Assembly: GCA_903861305.1 (NCBI GenBank)
Contig: CAIOTT010000041.1
Coordinates: forward strand, 1 to 62,771
Direction of reading: 5' to 3'
From: Candidatus Omnitrophota bacterium
Lineage (GTDB): Bacteria; Omnitrophota; Gorgyraeia; Zapsychrales; Fredricksoniimonadaceae
Length of the DNA: 62,771 bases
This document shows positions 35,519 to 44,487 of the stretch, piece after piece (within the stretch, counting starts at the first letter, position 1; every line of letters starts with the position of its first letter). Under the pieces are notes generated by a model. It searched no databases and had not been told where the DNA came from. It saw only the letters and a list, made by a program, of their open reading frames with translations. The position numbers and the translations under genes are program-made.

Positions 35519-36528
35519 CGTTCAAAAATATCCTTGTGGTCAGGGCGGACAGGATGGGGGACGTGGTCCTCACCGTTCCCGCGATCAGGGCATTGAAAAA
35601 GGCCTTTCCCGCGGCGTGCGTCAGTGTTTGGCTGGACCCTTCCACGCGGCCCTTGCTGCAAGGGCTTCCCTTCATCGATGAGATCCTCTGCGAGGACCAG
35701 GGCCGGGGGTGGCCCGGATATTTTGCGTTCATTGCCATGTTGCGCCGCAGGCAGTTCGACCTTGCGGTGGTCTTCCATACCAAGCGCCGCACGAACGCGG
35801 CCTGTGCTTTGGCCGGCATCCCGTTGCGCCTGGGGTACAAGAACAACAAGAATGGCTGGCTTCTCACCAGGCCTGTTGAAGACCGCCGGCATCTGGGCGA
35901 GAAGCATGAGACGGAGTATTGCCTGGATCTGTTGCAGTCGGTGGGTGTTCATTCAACCGACCTTTCGCTTGAGCTGGCACGCGATCCCGCTGCTGATACC
36001 TGGGCCAGGGATTTTGTCGCGACCGAACTTGCCGGAGACCCGTTCCTGGCCATTCATCCCGATGCCAGCTGTGACACGCGCCTCTGGCCGGCTTCATCGT
36101 ATGCCCGTCTTATCAACAGTTTGCGGGGCCGGGGCTTGAAGATCGTCCTGGTCGGGCGCAAGGAAGCCGGGGATTGTGCCAGGGATATCTGCCAGCAGGT
36201 ATCGTATCCGGTCGTGGACATGACCGCCAAAACATCGCTCGCCCAGCTGGTCAGCCTTTTTCGGTTGGCACGCGCTGTTATTTCCAATGATTCGGGCCCT
36301 GTCCATGTGGCGGCCGCGGCCGGGGCTCCGATCGTGTCTATTTTCTTAAGGCGCCAGCCGGGGATCAATCCCGAACGCTGGAAGCCGCTTGGTCCTAACA
36401 CCCGCATTGTCCTGCCGCCACCGGGCCAGGAGGTCAGGGTCGACCGCCACAGCCGCGTGATCAGCGGTTCTTTTGACGCTATTACTCCCGAGAACGTTCT
36501 CAACGCGCTTAACGATATCCTGCCGTAG
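35512..36528 (+). CDS. GT9 (heptosyltransferase family) glycosyltransferase
   Basis: ILVVRADRMGDVV and SNDSGPVHVAAAAGAPIVSIF. Confidence 0.85.
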   Translation: MLTFKNILVVRADRMGDVVLTVPAIRALKKAFPAACVSVWLDPSTRPLLQGLPFIDEILCEDQGRGWPGYFAFIAMLRRRQFDLAVVFHTKRRTNAACALAGIPLRLGYKNNKNGWLLTRPVEDRRHLGEKHETEYCLDLLQSVGVHSTDLSLELARDPAADTWARDFVATELAGDPFLAIHPDASCDTRLWPASSYARLINSLRGRGLKIVLVGRKEAGDCARDICQQVSYPVVDMTAKTSLAQLVSLFRLARAVISNDSGPVHVAAAAGAPIVSIFLRRQPGINPERWKPLGPNTRIVLPPPGQEVRVDRHSRVISGSFDAITPENVLNALNDILP

Positions 36529-36595
36529 ACACCGGCGCGGACCCGGGAACTTCGTGGCAGGGAGGCATTTATCTTCTTCAGGGAAGGGGTTTTGT

Positions 36596-37720
36596 GTGGG
36601 AGTCTTGAGGGTTTTGCTTGCGCTATCCGTTGTCCTGGCGCATACCGGGCCGTTATGGGGGATCCGGCTATGCGGCGGTGAGGTGGCTGTAGAAACGTTC
36701 TTTATTATTTCCGGGTTCTATATGTCACTGATCCTTGGGACGAAATACGTCGGGGCAGGCCGTTATAAACTTTTTATCACGAACAGGCTGTTAAGGATAT
36801 TCCCGGTCTATTGGGGCCTTCTCGTCCTGATCGTCATAACATCTTCCGTGTCAGGGGCCTTGACGGGGCATTGGAAAACACTGGCCCCTTATGTCCAGCT
36901 GCACCAGTATATGGGGCCGGGAGCGTTCCTGCTGGCCGTGGTCAGCAACATCGTCATATTCGGACAGGATGTGGTGATGTTCCTCGGGTTGGACCCGCAG
37001 AACGGGAGCGTATATTTTACGCAGAACTTCAATCACGAGCGGATCCCGTTCTACTGGTTCTCGGTCATTATGCCGGCGTGGACCTTGGGCCTCGAGCTGG
37101 TGTTTTATCTTATGGCGCCGTTGATACTGGGGAGGCCTGTCAGGCTTGTACTGGGGTTGATCATGGGAAGTCTATACCTGCGCCTTTTTATCTATCGGGG
37201 GTTGGGATGGATGCACGACCCCTGGACTTACAGATTCTTTCCGACGGAGTTGTTTTTCTTTCTCGCGGGTAATATCGCTTACAGGGTATATGGACGCATC
37301 AGGGATGGCCGCACGTTTAAGGCATGTGCGGCGGTTTTGGCGTTGGCTTTGTTTGCGGCCATATTCTTCTATGCGAATATCCCGTTGGGACCCGGGATCA
37401 AGCTGTGGGCTTATTCCATTATGGCGGTCGTCAGCATCCCTTTCATTTTTTATTTGAGCAGGTCTTCCGCGATCGACAGCAGGATCGGGGATCTTTCGTA
37501 TCCGATATACCTTGTCCATCTTTTTGTGATACAAAATTCAGGGTTCACCGGGGAACAGCTGGCGCGGGATAACTTCAAGATATTGATCGTGCTGGCCCTG
37601 GTTTGTTTTTCAGCCTATATATTGTTAAAATTCATTGCTGATCCTGTGGAAAAATTCCGGCAGGCCAGGGTGGTGGTCCCTGGAAACAGGGAACCCCACA
37701 TCCTTCTTCCGCCTCGTTGA
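36596..37720 (+). CDS. Acyltransferase family 3 (integral-membrane O-acyltransferase)
   Basis: ~10 TM helices. N-terminal LLALSVVLAHTG and FFIISGFYMS motifs. GTG 36596 with RBS ggaagggg is preferred over ATG 36473, which would overlap the preceding gene. Confidence 0.7.
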   Translation: MGVLRVLLALSVVLAHTGPLWGIRLCGGEVAVETFFIISGFYMSLILGTKYVGAGRYKLFITNRLLRIFPVYWGLLVLIVITSSVSGALTGHWKTLAPYVQLHQYMGPGAFLLAVVSNIVIFGQDVVMFLGLDPQNGSVYFTQNFNHERIPFYWFSVIMPAWTLGLELVFYLMAPLILGRPVRLVLGLIMGSLYLRLFIYRGLGWMHDPWTYRFFPTELFFFLAGNIAYRVYGRIRDGRTFKACAAVLALALFAAIFFYANIPLGPGIKLWAYSIMAVVSIPFIFYLSRSSAIDSRIGDLSYPIYLVHLFVIQNSGFTGEQLARDNFKILIVLALVCFSAYILLKFIADPVEKFRQARVVVPGNREPHILLPPR

Positions 37721-37787
37721 CACCATAAATGAAGCGTGTTACTATAACCACTTCTATTAATCTATTACTTTATATGGTTGAGGTTTT

Positions 37788-38813
37788 ATGCATAAATACG
37801 CGGGGATACTGAACGCTTTTACCAGGAAGCATATCCTTGTTATTGGCGATCTAATCCTTGATCAGTACATCAAAGGTTCGGTCAGCCGTATATCTCCGGA
37901 AGCCCCGGTCCCCGTGGTCCTCCAGGAACAACTGTTCCACACGCCCGGTGGTGCGGCGAACGTGGCGAACAACCTCAGCAGCCTGGGTGCAAAGGTCACC
38001 CTGGTCGGCAGGGTGGGGGATGATAAAGAGGGTGAACTCCTGAAGAAGGTCCTTGCCGAGCGGCATATCCGTACGGAAGGCGTTCTGACCGATAAACGGG
38101 TGGAGACCATCCTGAAAACACGCATCATTGCCCATCGCCAGCAGGTGGTGCGTATTGACCGCGAAACCGTTGCTGACGATCCGGACAATGTATTTTACCG
38201 TAAGACCGTTGCGCCTTTCATCAAAAGGAATTTTCATCACTTTGATGCCATCATTATTTCCGATTACGGCAAAGGGGTTGTCCAGGCGGCGCTTGTGGCG
38301 GACATCACCTCCATGTGCCGCCAGAAACATATCCCTGTCATCGTTGATCCCAAGGTCGAACATTTGAAATTTTACGGTCCGGTGACGTCGATCACGCCCA
38401 ACCGTACTGAGACTGAGAATGCCTTGAAAAGCCTGGAACCGGATACCCGTCGCGGGCTTGGTATTGGATCGACGAAATTGAACAGCATGAAGGTCATCAT
38501 CGAGGCTGGCGAGGGCCTTTTGAAATATCTGGGGATCGAGTCGCTGCTGGTGACGTTGGGTGAGGACGGCATGTGCCTGTTCGAGGCCGGCAAGGCGCAT
38601 CATCATATCCCCACGAAGGCGCGTGAAGTGTTCGATGTTTCGGGTGCGGGTGATACGGTCATCTCTGTATTCGCTTTGTCCCTTGCGGCGGGGGCCACCA
38701 AGCGCCAGGCCGCGGACATCGCCAATCATGCCGCCGGTATCGTCGTGGCCAAGATCGGCGCGGCTGCGGTACTTCCCGAAGAGCTTGTGCGTTCGTTGAA
38801 AGAGGATAAATAA
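37788..38813 (+). CDS. hldA: D-glycero-beta-D-manno-heptose-7-phosphate kinase (RfaE/HldE domain I only, PfkB family)
   Basis: ILVIGDLILDQY..SRISPEAPVPV and PfkB signature DVSGAGDTV. At 341 aa it has no adenylyltransferase domain. Confidence 0.8.
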   Translation: MHKYAGILNAFTRKHILVIGDLILDQYIKGSVSRISPEAPVPVVLQEQLFHTPGGAANVANNLSSLGAKVTLVGRVGDDKEGELLKKVLAERHIRTEGVLTDKRVETILKTRIIAHRQQVVRIDRETVADDPDNVFYRKTVAPFIKRNFHHFDAIIISDYGKGVVQAALVADITSMCRQKHIPVIVDPKVEHLKFYGPVTSITPNRTETENALKSLEPDTRRGLGIGSTKLNSMKVIIEAGEGLLKYLGIESLLVTLGEDGMCLFEAGKAHHHIPTKAREVFDVSGAGDTVISVFALSLAAGATKRQAADIANHAAGIVVAKIGAAAVLPEELVRSLKEDK

Positions 38814-39554
38814 GTGAAAGCCATCGGGGTCATTCCCGCGCGGTGGGCGTCAACCCGCCTTCCCGGAAAGGTGCTGGTCCCGATCGCGGGCAAGCCCATG
38901 CTGGAGCGTGTCTGGGAACGGGCGAAGACGGCCAAAGAGCTTTCTGATGTCATTATCGCATGCGATGAAGCGCATGTCCTGGAACGTGCCCGGGCCTTCG
39001 GAGCCAGGGCCGTTCTGACGCGCCAGGACCATCCGTCGGGTTCTGACCGGGTGGCGGAAGTGGCTGCGGCAACGGACGCGGATGTCATTGTGAACATCCA
39101 GTCGGATGAGCCGCTGATCCAGGGCGAGCTCATTGATGCGCTGGTGCGCGATCTTGTGAAAGACGCCGGGTGTGTGCTGTCGACGCCTGTCAAACGTATC
39201 GCCAGCGTTGAGGAATTCCATAATCCCAACGTGGTCAAGGTCGTTGTGGACAGGAGCCATTGCGCGTTGTATTTTTCGCGGTCACCGATCCCTTTCAAAC
39301 GCGACGGTGTGCCGGATGTGAAGGATTATTTCAAGCACCTGGGGATCTACGCGTACCGCAGGGAATTTTTGCTCGATTATTGCCGCTGGCCAAAGTCTTT
39401 TTTGGAACAACAGGAATGCCTGGAACAATTGCGGGTGCTGGAAGCAGGGCACAGGATCAAGACGGTCGAGACAGCGATGGAAAGCATCGGTGTTGATACG
39501 CCCGAAGATGTCGTGAAGGTTGAAGCCTACATGAAAGCGCACGGTCTTAAATGA
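38814..39554 (+). CDS. kdsB: 3-deoxy-manno-octulosonate cytidylyltransferase
   Basis: IPARWASTRLPGKVL N-terminus. GTG start directly after the hldA stop. Confidence 0.9.
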   Translation: MKAIGVIPARWASTRLPGKVLVPIAGKPMLERVWERAKTAKELSDVIIACDEAHVLERARAFGARAVLTRQDHPSGSDRVAEVAAATDADVIVNIQSDEPLIQGELIDALVRDLVKDAGCVLSTPVKRIASVEEFHNPNVVKVVVDRSHCALYFSRSPIPFKRDGVPDVKDYFKHLGIYAYRREFLLDYCRWPKSFLEQQECLEQLRVLEAGHRIKTVETAMESIGVDTPEDVVKVEAYMKAHGLK

Positions 39555-40381
39555 AACAATACAGCGTTAAAGCCGGCAATGTCACGTTTAGCGGGAAGGC
39601 GCCGTTCGTCCTGATCGCGGGCCCCTGTGTCATCGAAGACCGGGCATCGACGCTCAGGATGGCGGGCGACCTTGTGAAATTGACGCGGCGGCTGGGTATC
39701 CCGTATGTGTTCAAGGCCAGTTACGACAAGGCGAACCGCACGTCCATCGGTTCTTTCCGCGGCCCCGGGCTTGAGGAAGGGCTTGATATCCTCGCCGAGG
39801 TCAAGGAGCGTTTCAGCGTGCCTGTCCTGAGCGACGTGCATGATATGAACGAGATGCCGCTTGCGGAGAAGGTCCTGGATATCATCCAGATCCCGGCGTT
39901 CCTCTGCCGGCAGACATCGCTGGTGGTGCGCGCGGCCCAGAGCGGCCGTGTCGTCAATGTCAAGAAAGGGCAGTTCCTGGCTCCGTGGGATGTTAAGGCC
40001 ATCGTCAAGAAGGTCGAGGCCGCCGGGTGCAAGAAATTGCTGCTGACGGAGCGCGGTGTCAGCTTCGGGTATAACAATCTGGTGACGGATTTCACGTCCA
40101 TGGAAATCATGGCGTCGACAGGCTATCCTGTTGTTTATGATGTGACGCACAGCGTCCAGCAGCCCGGCGGGCTGGGCCATGCCACCGGCGGGCGCAGCGA
40201 GTTCATCCCGCTCTTGTCGCGTTGCGGCGTGGCCGCGGGCGTGGCGGCCATCTTCATGGAAACGCACACGGACCCGAAAAAAGCGCTTTCGGACGGGCCG
40301 AATATGCTGCCCATTTCCAGGCTTGAACCGTTGTTAAAGACCATGGTCAGGATCGACCGCCTGGTCAAGGGGTTGGCGTGA
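39551..40381 (+). CDS. kdsA: 2-dehydro-3-deoxyphosphooctonate aldolase (Kdo8P synthase)
   Basis: 276 aa. FVLIAGPCVIE, FKASYDKANRTS, NVKKGQF motifs. Confidence 0.92.
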   Translation: MKQYSVKAGNVTFSGKAPFVLIAGPCVIEDRASTLRMAGDLVKLTRRLGIPYVFKASYDKANRTSIGSFRGPGLEEGLDILAEVKERFSVPVLSDVHDMNEMPLAEKVLDIIQIPAFLCRQTSLVVRAAQSGRVVNVKKGQFLAPWDVKAIVKKVEAAGCKKLLLTERGVSFGYNNLVTDFTSMEIMASTGYPVVYDVTHSVQQPGGLGHATGGRSEFIPLLSRCGVAAGVAAIFMETHTDPKKALSDGPNMLPISRLEPLLKTMVRIDRLVKGLA

Positions 40382-40382
40382 T

Positions 40383-41345
40383 ATGCCGTTAAAACGTGCC
40401 AAAGAGGTCCTGGAAACAGAGGCGGCCGCCGTCAGATCCCTCGTCAGGAACCTGGATAAGGATTTTTCGAAGGCCGTGGATGTCATCGCCTGTTGTGCGG
40501 GGCGTGTGGTTGTGACAGGCATGGGTAAGACCGGCATCGTGGCCCGCAAGATATCGGCGACATTATCGTCGACCGGAACTCCGAGCATTTTCATGCACAG
40601 CGCTGAAGCCGTCCATGGCGATCTGGGTCAGGTGACGCGCGATGATGTGGTGATCCTGGTTTCCTCCAGCGGCGAGACCGAAGAGACGGTCAGGCTTTTC
40701 CCCTCTTTGAAAAAGATCGGCTGCAGGACCATCGCGATGACCGGGGACAAAACATCATCGCTGGGCCGCCACGCAGACCTTGTCATCCATGTGGATGTCA
40801 AGACCGAGGGCTGCCCGCTGGGCCTCGCACCCATGGCGTCGACAACAGCCACCCTGGCCATGGGGGATGCTTTGGCCGCATGCCTCATTGACCGCAAGAA
40901 TTTCAAGCGTGAAGATTTCGCGTTCTTTCATCCCGGCGGCAGCCTTGGCCGCAGGCTCCTGTTGACCGTTGCGGATGTCATGCGCAAGGGAGCGCATTTT
41001 GCCAGGGTGCCTGACACGGCGCTGGTGAAGGATGTCCTTGTGGCGGTCACCCGGGCGAGGTGCGGTTCGGCGTGCGTGGTGGACGCGAAGAAAAAATTCG
41101 TGGGTATTTTTACCGATGGCGACCTGCGCCGCCATCTTGAGGAAGACCCGGGCCTTCTGGCCAGGCCGGTGCGCGAGGTAATGACCCGCTCACCGCTGAC
41201 GATCTCGAGTGAGCGCCTGGCGGCCGAGGCGTTCGATCTTCTGATGCTCAAGAAAGTGGACGAACTGCCGGTCGTCGACGCTGCGGGGCAGCTTGTCGGG
41301 CTGCTGGATGTTCAGGACCTTTTGAAAGCGGGGCTGACCCGGTGA
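40383..41345 (+). CDS. kdsD: Arabinose-5-phosphate isomerase (SIS + 2 CBS)
   Basis: VVVTGMGKTGIVARKISATLSSTGTPS SIS motif. Tandem CBS region at the C-terminus. Confidence 0.9.
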   Translation: MPLKRAKEVLETEAAAVRSLVRNLDKDFSKAVDVIACCAGRVVVTGMGKTGIVARKISATLSSTGTPSIFMHSAEAVHGDLGQVTRDDVVILVSSSGETEETVRLFPSLKKIGCRTIAMTGDKTSSLGRHADLVIHVDVKTEGCPLGLAPMASTTATLAMGDALAACLIDRKNFKREDFAFFHPGGSLGRRLLLTVADVMRKGAHFARVPDTALVKDVLVAVTRARCGSACVVDAKKKFVGIFTDGDLRRHLEEDPGLLARPVREVMTRSPLTISSERLAAEAFDLLMLKKVDELPVVDAAGQLVGLLDVQDLLKAGLTR

Positions 41346-41851
41346 AAAAAGCCCTTTCTGCGCTCCTGAAGAAGATCAAGGTGGTCGCCATGGATGTGGA
41401 TGGCGTGATGACCGACGGACGGATCATTTATGATGGCGAGGGTAAAGAACTCAAGTTCTTTGATGTTCAGGATGGTTACGCGATCGCCCGGGGGCGCCGC
41501 ACGGGGCTCAAGACCGCCATCATATCGGCCCGCGGTTGCCGGGCCGTAAAAGCCAGGGCCAAAGATCTCAAGTTCGACAAGGTTTATCTTAATGCGTCTC
41601 CTAAGATCGAGGCGTACGCGCGGATGCTCAAGGCTTTTGCCGTGAAAGATGAGGACGTTTGCTATATTGGCGATGACATCCCGGACCTCGATATTCTCCG
41701 GCGGGTCGGTTTTGCGGTGGCTCCGGCCAATGCGGCGGCGGAACTCCGGCCTGTGGTCCATTATGTGACACAACATTCCGGCGGCCGCGGGGCGGTCCGC
41801 GAAACGCTTGAAATGATACTCAAGGCACAGGGGCAGTGGGAGGCGGCATGA
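41342..41851 (+). CDS. kdsC: Kdo-8-phosphate phosphatase (HAD superfamily)
   Basis: VVAMDVDGVMTDG HAD motif I. 169 aa. GTG start overlaps the kdsD stop. Confidence 0.88.
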   Translation: MKKALSALLKKIKVVAMDVDGVMTDGRIIYDGEGKELKFFDVQDGYAIARGRRTGLKTAIISARGCRAVKARAKDLKFDKVYLNASPKIEAYARMLKAFAVKDEDVCYIGDDIPDLDILRRVGFAVAPANAAAELRPVVHYVTQHSGGRGAVRETLEMILKAQGQWEAA

Positions 41852-42738
41852 GAGGATTTCTTTTGTCTGTTGTGTTGCTCGCAGGTCCCGTTGGCGTGGC
41901 TTTTGCCGAAACAGTGAATACGGTAGTGCCTGCGGTGCCTGGAAAAACGCCGCACGACGTCCCTGCCCAGGAGATGGAAGGGTTCAATCTTTCCGGCTAT
42001 ACCGAGGAAGGCCAGAAATCCTGGGATATCAAAGGCGATAAAGCCCATATCCAGGGGGATCAGGTGGCTGTGACGAATGTGAATGCCAATTCCTATGGTG
42101 ACCAGGATGTGAACCTGACGGCCAAGAAGGGCCAGATCGACAAGGCTACCGGAGACGTGAAACTCCAGCAGGACGTGGTCATCACCTCGCAGGATGGGGC
42201 CACCCTCAAGACGGACACACTCAATTGGCAGCGTAACAAGGACCTTGTGCAGACCGATGACAAGGTCCGCATCGAAGACACCAATATGACCATCCAGGGC
42301 CAGGGGATGGAGGCGCATCCGAGCCTTAAGGCGGCGACGCTCAAAAGCGATGTTGTTGCGGATATAGTGACGGAAGATAAAAAGACGGGGGGCAAGAACA
42401 AGAAGGTGGACAACCGCATCCAGATCACCTCCGACGGCCCTATGGAAGTGGACCAGGTGTCCCAGACCGCTGTTTTTACCGAGGATGTCCGTGCTGTTGA
42501 GCTATCGACGGGAAGGACGTTGGTGTCTGACCGCATGGTGGTCACCTTCAACAAGGATACGCGCAAGATCAAGGCCATCGTCTGTACGGGCAATGTCGAA
42601 CTGCACCAGGGCGAGAATGTTACGTATTCAGATAAGCTTGTTTACACGGCTGACGACCAGCGCATGGTCCTGACCGGAAAACCGAAACTTCTTATCGACC
42701 CGGGTGACCATACGTCGAAAGAAGTTTTGATGAACTGA
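41848..42738 (+). CDS. Single ORF with tandem OstA-like halves: LptC-like (aa ~35-165) followed by LptA-like (aa ~190-290)
   Basis: It occupies the canonical lptC-lptA slot between kdsC and lptB. It has the signal-like N-terminus MRGFLLSVVLLAGPVGVAFA. Beta-jellyroll repeat patterns are visible (..LTAKKGQIDKATGDVKLQQDV.. and ..IQITSDGPMEVDQVSQTAVFTEDV..). ATG 41848 overlaps the kdsC stop. Confidence 0.7.
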   Translation: MRGFLLSVVLLAGPVGVAFAETVNTVVPAVPGKTPHDVPAQEMEGFNLSGYTEEGQKSWDIKGDKAHIQGDQVAVTNVNANSYGDQDVNLTAKKGQIDKATGDVKLQQDVVITSQDGATLKTDTLNWQRNKDLVQTDDKVRIEDTNMTIQGQGMEAHPSLKAATLKSDVVADIVTEDKKTGGKNKKVDNRIQITSDGPMEVDQVSQTAVFTEDVRAVELSTGRTLVSDRMVVTFNKDTRKIKAIVCTGNVELHQGENVTYSDKLVYTADDQRMVLTGKPKLLIDPGDHTSKEVLMN

Positions 42739-42746
42739 GGGATGAC

Positions 42747-43469
42747 ATGGACCTTTTGGAACTCAAAGACCTGGTAAAGATCTATAACGGCCGCCGTGTT
42801 GTCAACGGGTTGGGGCTTACGGTCGGCAGGTCCGAGATCGTCGGTTTGCTAGGGCCCAATGGCGCCGGGAAGACAACGTCATTTTATATGGCCGTGGGCA
42901 TTGTCCAGCCTGATGAGGGAAGGATCTTTTTTGACCAGGAGGACATCGCCAGGAAGCCGATCCATGAGCGTTGCCGCCTGGGGATGGGGTATCTGGCCCA
43001 GGAACCGTCCATTTTCCGCAAGCTGACCGTGGAAGAGAATATCATGGCGGTCCTTGAAACCCTGGATATTGGCCTGCGTGAAAGGAAGCGCCGTTTGGAT
43101 TCCCTGCTGGAGGAGTTGAACATTTCCCATTTGGCCCGCAGCAAGGCGTATACACTTTCCGGCGGGGAGCGCCGCAGGCTTGAGATCACGCGGGCTTTGG
43201 TGACGAATCCTTCTTTTTTGCTTCTTGATGAGCCCTTTTCCGGTATCGACCCTATTGTGGTCGCCGAGGCCCAGGAGATCATCAAGGACCTTAAAAAGCG
43301 GGGGCTCGGCATCCTGTTGACCGACCATAACGTGAGGGAAACACTGTCGATCGTGGACCGGGCGTATCTTGTCGCTGACGGGCGCATCATGATCTCGGGC
43401 ACGGCGCAGGACCTTATCAATGACCCCAACGCCCGCAGGGTCTATTTGGGTGAGAAATTCAGCATGTGA
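42747..43469 (+). CDS. lptB: LPS export ABC transporter ATP-binding protein
   Basis: Walker A GPNGAGKTT, signature LSGGERRRLEI, Walker B LLLDEP. 240 aa. Confidence 0.92.
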   Translation: MDLLELKDLVKIYNGRRVVNGLGLTVGRSEIVGLLGPNGAGKTTSFYMAVGIVQPDEGRIFFDQEDIARKPIHERCRLGMGYLAQEPSIFRKLTVEENIMAVLETLDIGLRERKRRLDSLLEELNISHLARSKAYTLSGGERRRLEITRALVTNPSFLLLDEPFSGIDPIVVAEAQEIIKDLKKRGLGILLTDHNVRETLSIVDRAYLVADGRIMISGTAQDLINDPNARRVYLGEKFSM

Positions 43470-43516
43470 AGGACAGGAAGCTTTTTCCGCGCTGCGCGCG
43501 AGAACGCAAGAAGAAG

Positions 43517-43544
43517 TTGCTTTTGGACGCAGATGTTTTATGAT
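43517..43544 (+). promoter_or_regulatory. Putative sigma70-type promoter of tig-clpP
   Basis: TTGCTT, 16-nt spacer, TATGAT, about 45 nt upstream of the tig ATG (RBS aaaggag). Confidence 0.35.
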
Positions 43545-43590
43545 GGGTTATCTTTTAATCTAGCGCTCGTGAAAGGAGCAGGCAGTATTC

Positions 43591-44487
43591 ATGAAGATCT
43601 CTGTAAAAAAAATCGATTCACTTCGCCGTGAAATGCATTTCGAGGTCCCGCGCGAACGCGTGACCCGCAAACTTGACGAGGTGCTGAACAATATTACACG
43701 GCACGCGCGCATCAAGGGTTTTCGCCAGGGTAAAGCCCCCCGGAAGCTTGTGGAATCAGCCCATGGGGATGTGGCTCGTGAGGAAATGATGAAAAGCCTT
43801 ATTCCCGAGGTTTACCAGGAGGGGATCCGGCAGGAGAAAGTCGATCCTATTGATTTTCCCGCCATTGACCAGGTTGCGTTGAACGACGATGGCCTTAAAT
43901 TCCGCGCCACGTTCGATCTTCGCCCTGAAGTTGAGGTCAAGAATTACAAGGGCATCAAGATCTCAAAAAAGAGCTCAGCGGTTGCCGATGACGAAGTGAC
44001 CAAGAGCCTGGACTTCTTCAAGAAGGGAAGAGGCCTGGATGAAAAGGCTGTCCTTGATGACGAATTCGCCAAGGGGCTTGGTTTCCCCGCCCTTGAAGAC
44101 CTTAAGAACGCGGTCAAGCGCAACCTTGAACAGGAGAAAGAGCGTCAGAACCGTTATGATGTGGAAACGCAGCTTATTGACGCGCTCATCAAATCTTCCA
44201 AGTTCGACGTTCCATTGTCCCTCGTCGAGCGTCAGTTGTCCGGACGGATGGAAGAATTCAACCGCCGCATGAAGACCTTTGGCATGAAGGAGGAGGATAT
44301 CCTCAAGAAGGCCGAGGAATCGAAGAAAGAACTGCAGGAGGCGGCGCAGAAAGATGTGCGCACGTTCCTGATCCTTCACAAGATAGCGCAGGTCGAGAAG
44401 ATCGAAGCGGCTGAGAACGAGAACCTTTCGGCCAAGACCCTGGAATTTTTACTCAAGGAAGCTAAATGGGAGGAGGCAAGCGTATGA
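43591..44487 (+). CDS. tig: Trigger factor lacking the FKBP/PPIase domain
   Basis: The N-terminal ribosome-binding domain carries GFRQGKAP. The sequence then runs straight from ...[13 protein letters not shown] into the C-terminal arm domain ([10 protein letters not shown]...). 298 aa against the usual ~430. Confidence 0.8.
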   Translation: MKISVKKIDSLRREMHFEVPRERVTRKLDEVLNNITRHARIKGFRQGKAPRKLVESAHGDVAREEMMKSLIPEVYQEGIRQEKVDPIDFPAIDQVALNDDGLKFRATFDLRPEVEVKNYKGIKISKKSSAVADDEVTKSLDFFKKGRGLDEKAVLDDEFAKGLGFPALEDLKNAVKRNLEQEKERQNRYDVETQLIDALIKSSKFDVPLSLVERQLSGRMEEFNRRMKTFGMKEEDILKKAEESKKELQEAAQKDVRTFLILHKIAQVEKIEAAENENLSAKTLEFLLKEAKWEEASV

